Shown: positions 1 through 10,440 of the stretch, one piece after another
How positions within the stretch are numbered: the stretch's first letter is position 1
How the letters are laid out: every line of letters begins with the position of its first letter
Source of the DNA: Desulfobacteraceae bacterium
Lineage (GTDB): Bacteria; Desulfobacterota; Desulfobacteria; Desulfobacterales; JAABSP01
DNA: 64,000 bases
Assembly (NCBI GenBank): GCA_011390345.1
Contig: JAABSP010000005.1
Location: 36,004 to 100,003, forward strand
Direction: 5' to 3'
Made by a program: the position numbers and the translations under genes
Notes under the pieces: generated by a model
Databases searched by the model: none
What the model saw: the letters and a program-made list of their open reading frames with translations, nothing else
Told to the model about the DNA's origin: nothing

Positions 1-379
1 GGTCCAGATCGGCCATCTCCCGGGCATCTCCATCGGGAGAGGTCTCCTCGTGGTCGTATTCCATCAACTGATCGGCCCGGACCCGCATCTTCGCAAGCTC
101 CCGCTGCCGCTTCTCCAGAAGCCGGGAGCGCTGGCGCAGGGCCTTTTCCGTCAGCTTCAGCCGGGATTTCCGGGTTTCGATGGCCTCGACCACAGGGGAA
201 CGGGTCCGGTAGAACCAGGCCAGGGCCGGCAGAACCGAAAATCCGGCAAGCCCCAGCACCCAGCGCAAGGGCCCCAGAACATCCCACGCCTCGATAATCA
301 CCCCGCTAATCATCCCCAGGCCGCAGAGGACGAAAACCAGGGAGACGAAGGGCCATTTTCCCGAAGGTTCCGGATTCAT
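1..379 (-). CDS. hypothetical membrane/coiled-coil protein; its 3' end runs off the window start
   Basis: My own minus-strand translation from the ATG (cat at 377-379) reads MNPEPSGKWPFVSLVFVLCGLGMISGVIIEAWDVLGPLRWVLGLAGFSVLPALAWFY. That is two hydrophobic helices followed by a charged helix (LKLTEKALRQRSRLLEKRQRELAKMR). The frame stays open to position 1, so it is missing from the ORF track. Confidence 0.45.
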   Translation of the reverse strand, partial: MNPEPSGKWPFVSLVFVLCGLGMISGVIIEAWDVLGPLRWVLGLAGFSVLPALAWFYRTRSPVVEAIETRKSRLKLTEKALRQRSRLLEKRQRELAKMRVRADQLMEYDHEETSPDGDAREMADLD

Positions 380-447
380 ATCACCCACATCATCATCTGT
401 TTTGCATCGTCTGCTGCAAGAGAACAATTACCTTTTAAAAGCCTCTA

Positions 448-1233
448 TCAGGAGCTGCGGATGCGGCGGACCAACGGGTCCAGCAATCGGCTTTTCACCA
501 GTCTTTTAAGCCCCTCCCTTCGCGCGATGAAATCCGCAGCAGGAGGCGAGAACCGGTAATAGCAGCGGACAAAGGTCTTTCCCAATGGATGGTTGAGCAG
601 ATGCTGGTCCCGAAAATCGCGGAGAGTCCGAACTTCAGGAGTCTGCCAGGAGCCGTAAACCCCGGTCGCAACAAAACATTTCTTATCCTCCTTGAACTCC
701 ACCTTGCCCCCGTCCATCTTGAAGGTCCCGTCGGTCTTGATGACCGGAGCCTGCTCCACATCGGCCTTGGAATAGGTCTCGGCATGGCTGATGGTGATCT
801 TGCCGGTTTCGGTGAAATCGAGCCGGGCTATTGCCACCCAGTAGGCGTAGTCGTTCTTCTCATGGAGAGGAACCGACACACTGTTCCCGGTCTCGTTTTC
901 GATCACGGCCGAGGCATTGGCCGATTCAAAGCTCCCCGCGCCGCTCTCGAACTCCCGATGCCCCACGATCAGCGCATATTTCAGCAGCTCGGGCCGGAGG
1001 ATGGTCATAGTTTCGGACCCGCCCTTCTTGCTGTCCTGGTTCAGATAGACATGGGGATATTTGTCTGCGCCCCCCATATCCTTATAGAAGATCTTCCCGA
1101 TTTCGTTCTTCTGCGTGACGTAGAAGCAGTAGAGATCCAGATCGGTTCTGGTCTCCCATTTGAGGGTGGCGAGGATCGGCGGGTTGCTGGTGATGGCGGT
1201 CGACTCTTTGCTCTTGAGGATTATATCTGTCAT
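448..1233 (-). CDS. TerD-like beta-sandwich domain protein with a C-terminal CF(V/I)ATxxYGS...LRDFRD module
   Basis: ORF 448..1299. The start is moved to the ATG at 1233 (MTDIILK), preceded by gaaaggagcggaac. TDLDLYCFYV and LNQDSKKGGSETMTI resemble TerD-family motifs. The C-terminus reads CFVATGVYGSWQTPEVRTLRDFRDQHLL. Confidence 0.6.
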   Translation of the reverse strand: MTDIILKSKESTAITSNPPILATLKWETRTDLDLYCFYVTQKNEIGKIFYKDMGGADKYPHVYLNQDSKKGGSETMTILRPELLKYALIVGHREFESGAGSFESANASAVIENETGNSVSVPLHEKNDYAYWVAIARLDFTETGKITISHAETYSKADVEQAPVIKTDGTFKMDGGKVEFKEDKKCFVATGVYGSWQTPEVRTLRDFRDQHLLNHPLGKTFVRCYYRFSPPAADFIARREGLKRLVKSRLLDPLVRRIRSS

Positions 1234-1330
1234 GTTCCGCTCCTTTCGGTATTCCGTTCCTTTTCTTGAGGAATCTCGGGTTAACCCAGTATTGCACACT
1301 TTCTATATTAAATGGAAACGGCTTTGAAGA

Positions 1331-2485
1331 TCAATCCTGATTTATCGATTTTTTATTTTCATCGGTTTTCTCTTCGGTTTGGGCCTGGGCCCGCTGCCGC
1401 TCTTTGTTCTGATAGAGATGATCATCGGCTTTCATGATCAGATGATAGAGGATATTCCGGGGATTGCTGTGGCCGATATCGGCCATCCGGTCCGGCGAGA
1501 GGGTGCTGACGCCCCGGCTTACGGAGAGGGGAACCGGATACTGATCCCATTGAAATTCCATGATCGCCTCCTCCAGTCGCTCCGCGGTCTGCTCCGCACC
1601 CTCTACTTCGGTGTGGGGCAGCAGGATCAGAAAGGTCTTTCCGCCAAAGCGGGCCACCATATCCACCTCTCGAACCCCTTTCAGAAGGGATCGGGAGATC
1701 TGCACCAGCACCTCGTCGCCATAAGGGAGTCCGTGGATCTGATTGATATCGCTCATCCCTTCGATATCGACCAGGATCAGTGAAAGATGATGGGCATACC
1801 GCCGGGATTTGGCAATCTCGCTTGCGAGCTGCTCCATGATATACTTCCGGTTGTACAGCCCCGTCAGATCATCGATAATGGCCATCCGTTCGATATACTG
1901 CTCTTTTTCCGAAATAGATTCCTTGAGTTCGGCCTTCTCCCGGGCCAGGCGCACCCGATCGTCCGATTCCAGCCGGTTCTGCTCCTGATAATCGGACAGC
2001 ATCTTTTCTGCATGCTTCAGCTTCAGTTGAAGATCGATCACCGAGAGCAGATTGTGCGGATGCACCGGCTTGACCAGATAATCGATGGTGCTGCAGGCAT
2101 AGGATGAAAAGAGATCGGTATTGGTGGAGTCCTTCTTTTCCGGTTTTTCCGGCTTAGCCGATTTTTCCGTTATTTCCGGCTTCTTCGGTTTTTCCGGGGA
2201 TTGCCCGGCAGAAAGCAGCAGCAGAACCGGAATGTCCCACTCCTTGGAAATAGACTTGATTCGGGCACAGAAATCCGGAGATTCGACGCCCGAAAGTCCA
2301 TCATCCATGAGGATGAAATCCGGAAGATTCTCCTTTGACTTGGCAAGTGCTTGTGCCTGGGTCAAGGCCACAATGACCGTATAATCCTTTTCCCGCAGAA
2401 GATTGGCAAGACGTTGAAGATCCTGGGGGTCCTCATCCACAACCAGAATCATCGGGGGCTCAACTGCTCGATTCCGGGCACTCAT
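1331..2485 (-). CDS. response-regulator receiver fused to a degenerate GGDEF domain (GGKTF; RxxD I-site kept)
   Basis: ORF 1331..2686. The start is moved to the ATG at 2485 (MSARN) behind GGAGGTG. The REC domain starts MILVVDEDPQD and includes FILMDDGL. The GGDEF-domain core is DDLTGLYNRKY ... REVDMVARFGGKTFLILLP. Confidence 0.85.
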   Translation of the reverse strand: MSARNRAVEPPMILVVDEDPQDLQRLANLLREKDYTVIVALTQAQALAKSKENLPDFILMDDGLSGVESPDFCARIKSISKEWDIPVLLLLSAGQSPEKPKKPEITEKSAKPEKPEKKDSTNTDLFSSYACSTIDYLVKPVHPHNLLSVIDLQLKLKHAEKMLSDYQEQNRLESDDRVRLAREKAELKESISEKEQYIERMAIIDDLTGLYNRKYIMEQLASEIAKSRRYAHHLSLILVDIEGMSDINQIHGLPYGDEVLVQISRSLLKGVREVDMVARFGGKTFLILLPHTEVEGAEQTAERLEEAIMEFQWDQYPVPLSVSRGVSTLSPDRMADIGHSNPRNILYHLIMKADDHLYQNKERQRAQAQTEEKTDENKKSINQD

Positions 2486-2540
2486 ACTCACCTCCGGTAC
2501 TGGGTTTTTCCGACTACCGCCCTTCCCTTTTCTACCGGTA

Positions 2541-4223
2541 TCATGAATCGGGGCAGGAATCAAAGGAAATTGGAATCCGGGAAATGGGGGCAGTGCTGTC
2601 GAGGACCTTCCGGATGACTGCGGCCAGTTGATCCCGGATGGCCGGTTTCCGGATGACCTCCCGGATGCCGAGCTGATGCAGGGCATCCTGATGAAGCTCT
2701 TCGCTGAATCCGGTGCAGAGGATGACCGGAAAGCCGGGCCGGACCCGAAGGATCTCCTGGGTGAGGCGGATGCCCGTCATCTTCGGCATGGTCAGATCGG
2801 TGATCACCAGATCGAACCGGTCCGGCTCCTTTTGAAACGTATCGAGCGCATCGAGGCTGCTGGTGCCGGAGACCACCTCATATCCAAGGCTTTCCAGGGA
2901 CCGGACCAGCATATCCACTACCTGGGGCTCGTCATCCACCAGAAGGATCGTCTCATTGCCTCTGGGAACGGCACTCTCCTTTTCCGGCTTTCGGAGGTCG
3001 GCCCGATGCACCAGCCGGGGCAGATAGACCCGGAAACAGCTCCCCTTGCCCGGCTCGCTCTCGGCTTCGATCCAGCCGTTGTATCGGGTTACGATCCCGT
3101 GAACCACCGACAGCCCCAGACCAGTGCCCTCCTTTCGAGTGGTGAAGTAGGGATCGAAGATCCGGGCCTTCACCGTCTCATCCATCCCGATGCCGGTATC
3201 GGAAATGCTCAGACAGAGATAGGTTCCGTCCCTTTTGGCTGCTGTGGAAGCCGATTCCGCGGTCAACTGAACCTCCTCCAGCTTTACGGTCAGCAGGCCC
3301 CCTGTTTCGGTCATGGAATGGTAGGCGTTGGTAATCAGGTTCATGGCGACCTGATGGATCTCGGTCGGGTCCGCCAGCACCAGTCCGCAGTTTCTGCGGA
3401 TCTCCTGGCGAAGCTCGATGGTGGACGGTAGAGTGGCCCGGCTCAGGTTCAAGACCTCCTTGACGATATGGCGGATATGCACCGGAACCGGATCGGTCTT
3501 CTTCTGACGGCTGAACGCGAGAATATGATCCACGAGCTTTCCGGCCCGCTCCGCGCCGTCAAAGACATGGCGGGTCCAGGTTGCGATCTTGCTCCCTTTC
3601 TCCGCATTGTCGAGGATCAATTCGAGATATCCGTACATGGAAAAGAGAATGTTGTTGAAATCATGCGCGATCCCCCCGGCAAGAGTGCCGATGGCCTCCA
3701 GCTTCTGGGCCTGCTGGATCTGGCTCTGGATCTGCATAGTCTTCTCATATTGGTCGGCCAGCTCCGCGCTCTTCTCCGCAACACGCCGCTCCAGAAGCTG
3801 ATTGCTCTGTTGGAGCTGTTGCTGCAGTTCCCTGATCCGGAGATGGGTTCGAATCCGGGCCAGGGCTTCGTCCTTGTGAAAGGGCTTGACAATATAATCG
3901 ACGCCGCCCGCGCCAAATGCCGAGACCTTGTCCACCGATTCCGAGAGCGCGCTGATGAAGATCACTGGAATGTCGCAGGTCCGCAGATCCGCCTTGAGCT
4001 GACGGCAGATCTCGTATCCGTCCATCTCCGGCATCATGATATCGAGCAGAATCAGATCCGGCTGCCGCTTCCGCACCGAATCCAGGGCCAGGGCCGATTC
4101 CGGAATGAGGCGGACCTCGTATCCCTCCGACTCCAGGAGCTTTTCGAAATAGTTGAGGCTCTGGGGGTTGTCCTCGATGACCAGGATAGAAGGGATCTTC
4201 CCAGAGCTTAGGGTTCGGCTCAT
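2541..4223 (-). CDS. hybrid sensor histidine kinase (REC-HisKA-HATPase-REC)
   Basis: ORF 2541..4328. The start is moved to the ATG at 4223 (MSRTLSSGKIPSILVIEDNP) behind AGGAGA. H-box GIAHDFNNIL, ATPase motifs DTGIGM and GTGLGLS, and a second receiver ILLVDDEP...ITDLTMPKMTG. Confidence 0.85.
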   Translation of the reverse strand: MSRTLSSGKIPSILVIEDNPQSLNYFEKLLESEGYEVRLIPESALALDSVRKRQPDLILLDIMMPEMDGYEICRQLKADLRTCDIPVIFISALSESVDKVSAFGAGGVDYIVKPFHKDEALARIRTHLRIRELQQQLQQSNQLLERRVAEKSAELADQYEKTMQIQSQIQQAQKLEAIGTLAGGIAHDFNNILFSMYGYLELILDNAEKGSKIATWTRHVFDGAERAGKLVDHILAFSRQKKTDPVPVHIRHIVKEVLNLSRATLPSTIELRQEIRRNCGLVLADPTEIHQVAMNLITNAYHSMTETGGLLTVKLEEVQLTAESASTAAKRDGTYLCLSISDTGIGMDETVKARIFDPYFTTRKEGTGLGLSVVHGIVTRYNGWIEAESEPGKGSCFRVYLPRLVHRADLRKPEKESAVPRGNETILLVDDEPQVVDMLVRSLESLGYEVVSGTSSLDALDTFQKEPDRFDLVITDLTMPKMTGIRLTQEILRVRPGFPVILCTGFSEELHQDALHQLGIREVIRKPAIRDQLAAVIRKVLDSTAPISRIPISFDSCPDS

Positions 4224-4558
4224 CGCTTCTCCTATTCTCGACCGCCGGCGTTTGCCTTCCGCCGAAATGGTTCCTCTTTGTTTGGAAACATCTCCTGTTT
4301 TTTTCTCCCTGCAACACAGACGGTCCATGATACGATAAATGGCGGTGAAGTCAAGTCATCTCAAGGCCGGTGACGCAGAAACTATAGGGCCAAAGGGCTT
4401 TCAGGCTTGTGATTTTCCTGCTTTGTCAGTATAAAAGGTCTGGATAGCAATGAAGGCAGGAGAGGTATTCGATTTCAACCGGAACAGAATCTGCAGCAGG
4501 AAAAGATCGCATTCCGGGAAAAACGCATATTCGGAGTCCGGGTCTTGAGGAGGCAAAA

Positions 4559-4774
4559 ATGTTCAAATTTCCCTACGGTCTTGCCGACTTCTACGTTTCG
4601 CTGCTCTGCTATTTCGGCCTATTGACGCTCACCCCCGAACGAACCCCGATCGGGGAGCTGACCTTTAGAATTCCGAATCTGGTGATTCGGAAATTGTATG
4701 TGGAACAGAACCGGCTATGTCCATCCGATAGCCGTGGTGTTGACCCCGACACCGTCGATGGTTTCCGAACCTGA
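4559..4774 (+). pseudogene. remnant of a PF09820/PF08011-type AAA-ATPase/PD-(D/E)XK gene (N-terminal tip joined to a C-terminal piece)
   Basis: MFKFPYGLADFY resembles the family N-terminus (xFPxGxxDF). It is followed directly by SLLCYFGLLTL...FRIPNLVIRKLY, which resembles the family C-terminus (LLYxxGYLT...IPNxEV). It is only 71 aa and overlaps the 3' end of the convergent gene. The family is recognised from memory. Confidence 0.35.
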
Positions 4775-6316
4775 TAGTTTTTCAAGAACAGTATCGTCAT
4801 CTGTGGGCACGAACATGGCCAGGGTGACGCACTTCAGCCCCATCTGCAGGGCATAGGCGGCAGCCTGCTTTTTCGACCGTTTTGCCTCGTGGATATCTAT
4901 GAAGCTCTTGACCTCGATCAGCCCCTTTTTCCCTTCGCACCGAAGATGAAGATCGACTTTTCCGTTGCCGGTGGGAAATTCCGGGCTCACGGAACAGCGC
5001 CGGCCAATGGCATTGAGGAGCCAGGAATAGAGATGAAAATGGCCCACAGCCTCGGTCAGATGGAGATCGGCCCGGCGGGGCTGATCCTTCCAGGGATTCA
5101 ATCCTCTGGCTTTCAATCGCTTCAAATAATCTTTGTATCTCGCCAGCAGAGCCAAAAGATCGAGTTCAGGTTCTGCGAATACATCGGCCAGATCATCCAG
5201 CGGATCGAGCGGGGGGATCGGGAGGACCTCACCGACTATATCCAGGGTCAGTGCGTTGTACAACGCCTCCTGAACAAAAGGGGAGGAGAAGCGGCAGATA
5301 TACTTTTTGCCGCGGGTTGCCGCAGGAATCCTTTCCTCTTCGATAATCCCGTTGAGATACAGAAAGCTGCACCAGTCAGACTGGATATTGAAGGGGATAT
5401 TCGATCTGCTGAACAGCTCGACCACATGATTCAGATAGGGCCTCTTTGCCTTCTTGATCAGATTCAAGACGGTGTTGTTCCACTCTCTGTGGATCGCAGC
5501 ATCATAGATCTCCTCCCAGAGCGGAAGATCGATGGGAAGATCTGCGCCGGGATTATAGGTTTCGGTCATCATTTCCCCGAACCAGCAGACCAGTCCCGGC
5601 TGACCCCGGGTCGCGGCATAGAGCCTCTCGATGATTCCCGGATCGACGATCTGTCCGCTTTCGGCTTCATACTGGCAAAAGAGGTCTTCCACCTCTTCCC
5701 GGCTGAAGTTGGGAACCCGCAGGGATCGCTGGATATTGAATGGAGACCCCCGCCGGCTTTCCACCCCCAGAACAGCCCGGACTCCTGCAAGCCCGAGGCC
5801 GTGGAGCAGATATCGGTTTCGGTCCAGATAGATCTCCCGGAACTGCGCGACCATCATGTCCAGCAGCTCCGGATGGAGGGTATCCACCTCGTCGATCAGC
5901 AGAATCAGCGGTTGATCCCAGAGCCCGGCCTCCCGGGTGAAGAGTCCGATGAAATCCTGCCAGTCCTGGATAGGCCCTACCGCGCCCGGCAAATTTTTTG
6001 CCAGCAGTTTCTCCAGAGCAACGGGAACGGTTCTGCCGGTCCTTTGGGCATCGGGCTCCAGGGCCGCGCCCCGAAGCCCTCCAAAGGAGAGGCGCTGCAG
6101 CGCAAACCGATCTTTGTATTCGGCGGAAATACTCTGCATCGCCTGCTGCATCAGCCAGGTCTTGCCGGTCTGTCTCGGAGCCCAGATCGTAAAGAAATGC
6201 CCTCCTTCTTCGATATCGCCGACCAGAAACCGGACGCAGGATTCAATCAACGCCTTTCTCGGGGCCACAAAATGCTTTTTCGCATCCACCGGCCCATAGG
6301 AATGAAACCGTCTCAT
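4715..6316 (-). CDS. P-loop ATPase with a C-terminal PD-(D/E)XK-like nuclease module
   Basis: 533 aa; ATG at 6316 behind AAGGAGAA. Walker A WAPRQTGKTW, Walker B LILLIDEVD. The C-terminus has GNGKVDLHL...GLIEVKSF (D...ExK pattern). Confidence 0.7.
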   Translation of the reverse strand: MRRFHSYGPVDAKKHFVAPRKALIESCVRFLVGDIEEGGHFFTIWAPRQTGKTWLMQQAMQSISAEYKDRFALQRLSFGGLRGAALEPDAQRTGRTVPVALEKLLAKNLPGAVGPIQDWQDFIGLFTREAGLWDQPLILLIDEVDTLHPELLDMMVAQFREIYLDRNRYLLHGLGLAGVRAVLGVESRRGSPFNIQRSLRVPNFSREEVEDLFCQYEAESGQIVDPGIIERLYAATRGQPGLVCWFGEMMTETYNPGADLPIDLPLWEEIYDAAIHREWNNTVLNLIKKAKRPYLNHVVELFSRSNIPFNIQSDWCSFLYLNGIIEEERIPAATRGKKYICRFSSPFVQEALYNALTLDIVGEVLPIPPLDPLDDLADVFAEPELDLLALLARYKDYLKRLKARGLNPWKDQPRRADLHLTEAVGHFHLYSWLLNAIGRRCSVSPEFPTGNGKVDLHLRCEGKKGLIEVKSFIDIHEAKRSKKQAAAYALQMGLKCVTLAMFVPTDDDTVLEKLSGSETIDGVGVNTTAIGWT

Positions 6317-6365
6317 TGTTTTTGATTTCTCCTTTACAAACTTTACCTGCTCCAGGCCGAAAATT

Positions 6366-8234
6366 TCACCCTTCAGAAGCCATCCTCAGATATTTTAGAA
6401 TCCTTGTGTATTGAAACCCTCGCACCATCCCCTCCAGGGAGTCCGCGATCTCCGGATCATCCAGACGAATCGTTTCGATCTTCCGCAGGACCGGCCCCCG
6501 GCTTCCCTCCCGAAGGCCATCCTCGATCCGGATCAGGGATTTTGCAGAGATTTTTTTCAACCGCGCCAGAATCTCTTCTTCAGAGAGCTTTTTCCGCTGC
6601 TGAACCGGTTCGGTTCCGGGGCTGCATCGGAGGTTGAGATGCTGCCGGATCATCATAATCAGTTCCTTCTCGTGAAAGGGTTTTCCGATAAAGGCATCGC
6701 AGCCGGCCGCCAGGGCCTGGAATCGGGTCTCTTTGAAGACCAGTGCAGAGAGGGCGATGATCGGGATTCGGCGCGGGGCTTCTCCGGCTTCGGCCCTACA
6801 TCTTTCCTCCTCCAGCCGGCGGATGGTCCGGGTGGTTTCAATGCCGGAGGAGCCCTGCAGTTGAAGATCCATCAGGATCAGGTCCATGCGCGCTTTCTCC
6901 CAGATGCGGATCGCACCCTTTCCGTCACATGCCTCTATCATCGTAAAGCTGTTTTTTTCCAGCATATGCTTCAGCAGCTTCCGATTTAACGGGTCATCCT
7001 CCACCGCAAGAACTGAGAGGTTGGGCCCATCCGGGTCCGGATGGAGGAAAAGATGCCTCGATTCCGATTCCATCATGGGTCTGTAAGCCTTTTCAGCTTC
7101 GATGTCGAAATCGAAGACCGTCCCCTTTCCGGTTTCGCTCTTGAGGCGCAGTTCGCCCTTCATGCTCCGGACGAGCTTGCGGCTGATGTAGAGGCCGAGC
7201 CCCGCGCCTTCTGGCTTGTCTCCGGATCTGGAATACTGATAAAAAGATTCAAAAACTGACGACTGAACATCTTCCGGTATGCCGGGGCCCGAGTCGGAAA
7301 CCGTAAAGAAGAGGCGGAGCGAATTCTTTTTATCCTTTCCATTTCCATGCCGGATCTTGAAACGGATACTCCCCCTTTGGGTGAACTTGACCCCATTGGA
7401 GAGGATATTGATGAGCACCTGCCGCAGCCGAACCTCATCGCCGATGATATACCGGGGGAGATCCGGAGCCGTCTCCATTTGAAAGGAGAGGTTCTTCTCC
7501 GCGGCACGGGGCCGGAAGAGGTTCGACACGAAAGAGAGCAGTTCTTTGAGATCGAACGGCTTTTTCTCCGGCAGGATCTCTTCGGACTCCAGCCGGGTGA
7601 ACTCCAGCACCTGGTCGATGATGGTCTTGAGATGCTCCCCGGAAGTCAGCAGCATCTGCGCGTTCTGCCGGGAGATCTCACACATGTCCGGATCATCCAT
7701 CAGCAGTTGGGCAAATCCGAAGACCGCGTTGAGGGGGGTGCGGAGTTCATGGCTGATATTGGCCACAAAGAGGTTCTTGGCCAGACTGTCCGCATCGGCA
7801 ATCCTTCGTTTCCGCTGCAGCTCCTCCTCGAACCGCTTCCGGTCGGTGATATCCACGGCGATGACAACGATGCCCTCCACCCCTCCATTTTCATCGATAT
7901 CCGGCACATAGGAGACATGGAGCCAGCAAATGCCCGAAGCCGATTCCATCGGAACTTCAAAGGTAACTGTCTCCCCGTTTTTCGCGGCCTCCAGCCGGGG
8001 GCGGGTCTTTTCAAAATACTCTTCCCCCAGAACCTCCGGGACAGTTCTGTTTAGAATCTCGGCCATCGGTTTTCCAAAGAAGACCCCGTACCATTCATTG
8101 ACCACCCGATATCGAAAGGATGCAGCATCCAGATACGCGATGAGCGCCTGCGCGTTGTTGAGCAGGATATGGATCAGGCGGCGGCATGATTTCAGGTCGT
8201 TTTGCATTTTTTCAATACCGTTCAAAATCCTCAT
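6366..8234 (-). CDS. hybrid sensor histidine kinase (PAS-HisKA-HATPase-REC plus a helical C-terminal tail)
   Basis: ORF 6366..8303. H-box [27 protein letters not shown], receiver LAVEDDPLN...LMDLQLQG. The start is uncertain: ATG at 8234 or 8207. The 8303 start would overlap the upstream MCP gene by 92 nt. Confidence 0.8.
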   Translation of the reverse strand: MRILNGIEKMQNDLKSCRRLIHILLNNAQALIAYLDAASFRYRVVNEWYGVFFGKPMAEILNRTVPEVLGEEYFEKTRPRLEAAKNGETVTFEVPMESASGICWLHVSYVPDIDENGGVEGIVVIAVDITDRKRFEEELQRKRRIADADSLAKNLFVANISHELRTPLNAVFGFAQLLMDDPDMCEISRQNAQMLLTSGEHLKTIIDQVLEFTRLESEEILPEKKPFDLKELLSFVSNLFRPRAAEKNLSFQMETAPDLPRYIIGDEVRLRQVLINILSNGVKFTQRGSIRFKIRHGNGKDKKNSLRLFFTVSDSGPGIPEDVQSSVFESFYQYSRSGDKPEGAGLGLYISRKLVRSMKGELRLKSETGKGTVFDFDIEAEKAYRPMMESESRHLFLHPDPDGPNLSVLAVEDDPLNRKLLKHMLEKNSFTMIEACDGKGAIRIWEKARMDLILMDLQLQGSSGIETTRTIRRLEEERCRAEAGEAPRRIPIIALSALVFKETRFQALAAGCDAFIGKPFHEKELIMMIRQHLNLRCSPGTEPVQQRKKLSEEEILARLKKISAKSLIRIEDGLREGSRGPVLRKIETIRLDDPEIADSLEGMVRGFQYTRILKYLRMASEG

Positions 8235-9951
8235 CCGAATCGGTCCCTTTGGATCGATATTCCATATCTTCCTTTTCGACCCTCTTTTTTGGTGTGCGCC
8301 CATCTTTCCCGATTTCTCTTTTCCCGAAAGCTGCGCCTTTCCCCTCCCCCATTTTTGCCGGCGCAGCCGATTGCCGTTTCTTCTCCTGCAGATTCAGGGT
8401 GCTGATCTCCCCTTCAGAGAGCTTGAACTTGGAAAGGATCTGCCGCAGCCCGCTCGACTGGGTCGCCAGCTCTTGAGCCGACGACGCGGTCTCCTCCGCG
8501 CTTGCCGTGTTCATCTGGGTCACCTGATCCACCTGCTCCAGCCCCTGGGTCACCTGTACGATGGACTCGGCCTGCTCCTGGGTCGAGGCCGCGATCTCGG
8601 CCGTCATTCTGGCGCTCTCCACCGATGCCTCGGAGATCCGCAGGAGCGCGTCCGCGGTCCCATTCGCGATCTCGCCCCCTTTTTCCACCTTCCGGATGGT
8701 GCTCTCGATCAGTTCCGCAGTCTCGCCGGCCGCCTTTGCGCTCTGGTTGGCCAGCTCTTTGATCTCGTTGGCCACCACCGCAAATCCTCTTCCGGCATCC
8801 CCGGCCGAGGCCGCCTCAATGGTCGCGTTCAGCGCCAGCAGATTGGTCTGGGACGCGATCGCGTCGATCACCTTGATGATCTTTGCTATGGATTTGCCGG
8901 CCTCGTCGATCTCCCCCATAGCCTGGGTCATCTTCTTCATCTCCTGAAGACCTGCGTCCGCCGTCTCCTTGAGCCCCTTGACGCTCTGGCTGGTTCTTTC
9001 AGCATAATCGGCATTGTTTTTCACCTGGGAATCGATCTCCACCATTGTGCTGGCAAGCTCCTCCAGAGAGGAGGCCTGTTCAGCCGCGCCCTCGGAGAGG
9101 GATTCGCTGGCCTCCGCGAGCTGGGATGCGGCATTGTCGATCCGGTCCGCAACCGCAGAAATTTCCGCCAGATCCTCCCGAAGGGATTCGGACATTATAT
9201 CCAGGGAGTCGGCCAGTTGCCCGCACTCGTCCTTTCTGCCGAGGCCGAGCTGGCGGGTCATGTCGCCGCTGGCCATGGTTCGGGCCGCATCGCCCACCCG
9301 GCTGATGGGAACCGTGATGCCCCGGGTGATGAAGATCGCCAGAAAAAGGCTCACGATCAGCACGAATGCCGAGACCCCGTAGTTGATCAGCACGGCTCTT
9401 CGGCCATAGGTTTGGGAATTTTCCAGAAACTCCTGGGCCTTGCCGGCCGCAAATTCGATGAAATGGTCCATGTCATCGGTCAACTGTTTCACCTGTGCTT
9501 CGCTCCTGGTGGCCTCCACTGTGCCGAATCCGTCCCGGCCCACCAGGGTCATGGTTTCGATCACCTCGTCACGGATCGGCTTCCACTCGGCAAAGAGCCT
9601 TTTGACCGCCTCAACCTGGCTCTTGTCCCCCAGAAAGCGCTCCTCCAGAACATCAAAGTCATCGGAGATCCGCTTTTCATATCGCTCGATCTCCTCTCTT
9701 GCGGCCCGGATCTCCGCTGGGGTCCGGGCCAGCGCAATATTCCTCATGTCCCGGTGAATCCGGATGATATCGGCATCGATGCGGAGTGCAGCGGTCGATA
9801 CCGTAAAGGGGTGTCGATAGAGCTTCTCGGTTGCTCCGGAAGTGGTCTTCAGTCCGCTGATGGAGATGATGTTGTTGATGATCATCAGCAGCAGAATAAT
9901 TCCGAAACCGATCCCCAGCCGCACTCCTATGCGCATATCTGAGATCCGCAT
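8212..9951 (-). CDS. methyl-accepting chemotaxis protein (two TM helices, four-helix-bundle sensor, HAMP, MA domain)
   Basis: 579 aa; ATG at 9951 behind GGGAGGGAG. TM1 is [19 protein letters not shown]. The signalling core reads [37 protein letters not shown]. Confidence 0.9.
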   Translation of the reverse strand: MRISDMRIGVRLGIGFGIILLLMIINNIISISGLKTTSGATEKLYRHPFTVSTAALRIDADIIRIHRDMRNIALARTPAEIRAAREEIERYEKRISDDFDVLEERFLGDKSQVEAVKRLFAEWKPIRDEVIETMTLVGRDGFGTVEATRSEAQVKQLTDDMDHFIEFAAGKAQEFLENSQTYGRRAVLINYGVSAFVLIVSLFLAIFITRGITVPISRVGDAARTMASGDMTRQLGLGRKDECGQLADSLDIMSESLREDLAEISAVADRIDNAASQLAEASESLSEGAAEQASSLEELASTMVEIDSQVKNNADYAERTSQSVKGLKETADAGLQEMKKMTQAMGEIDEAGKSIAKIIKVIDAIASQTNLLALNATIEAASAGDAGRGFAVVANEIKELANQSAKAAGETAELIESTIRKVEKGGEIANGTADALLRISEASVESARMTAEIAASTQEQAESIVQVTQGLEQVDQVTQMNTASAEETASSAQELATQSSGLRQILSKFKLSEGEISTLNLQEKKRQSAAPAKMGEGKGAAFGKREIGKDGRTPKKRVEKEDMEYRSKGTDSDEDFERY

Positions 9952-9993
9952 GGTACTCCCTCCCTGTTTTCCTAAAGATGATGGTTGTCGTAT

Positions 9994-10440
9994 TTAAAGC
10001 GATTTCAGCAGCTTTGGTGCATTCAGCAGAATCAGCAGCCGGTCTTTGAGCATACAGATGCCGGTTATCAGATCCCGGACATCTTCGAGGCCCCTGGCTT
10101 GGACCTCCTGGCCCCGATCCCCCAGGTTTTCAATCCGCGCCGGGTCCACCTCAGCCACATCCCCCACCCCATCCACCAGAATCCCGAAGGACTCCCCCAC
10201 ATGGGGTTTAAAAAGAATGATCCGGTAATCCTCGGCTCCGGCGATCCTTTCAAAGCCGAGCAGGGTTCTCAGGTCGATCACCAGGTGAATGTTTCCCCGG
10301 ATATTGACAAACCCCTTGACGGCCTCGGCCGCATGAAAGACCGGGGTACACCGGGCCGGGGGCTGAACCTCTTTCACATCGGTGATCTCCACCCCGAAAT
10401 GGCGGTCCGCGATGTAAAATGTGCAGTACTGTCGGTTCAT
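9994..10440 (-). CDS. cheW: CheW coupling protein
   Basis: 148 aa: CTFYIADRHFGVEITDVKEV...VKGFVNIRGNIHLVIDLRTLLGF. Its start overlaps the cheA stop as ATGA. Confidence 0.9.
   Translation of the reverse strand: MNRQYCTFYIADRHFGVEITDVKEVQPPARCTPVFHAAEAVKGFVNIRGNIHLVIDLRTLLGFERIAGAEDYRIILFKPHVGESFGILVDGVGDVAEVDPARIENLGDRGQEVQARGLEDVRDLITGICMLKDRLLILLNAPKLLKSL

Noticed and set aside
50-559. A 169-aa plus-strand ORF at the window start.
   Set aside because: It is Pro/Gly/Arg-rich with no motifs. It lies antisense to a plausible membrane-protein ORF (1-379) and overlaps the TerD-like gene.
6366-6700. A possible Hpt domain at the C-terminus of the 6366..8234 hybrid kinase.
   Set aside because: No HxxKG-type phosphorylatable histidine motif is present in the last 100 aa or so, so I call it only a helical tail.
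8212-8260. The MCP C-terminus ...DSDEDFERY considered as a CheR/CheB-docking pentapeptide (NWETF-type).
   Set aside because: It lacks the aromatic Trp/Phe pattern of the known pentapeptide, and no cheR/cheB is present in the window.
7930-9942. A 670-aa plus-strand ORF covering the MCP gene. Similar long antisense ORFs occur at 4889..6325, 33819..34838, 36210..38099, 41687..42727, 48186..49196, 51330..52553 and 59390..60763.
   Set aside because: Each lies antisense to a gene with clear family motifs. Their translations are low-complexity and Arg/Pro/Gly-rich with no recognisable domains. These are typical shadow ORFs in high-GC DNA.
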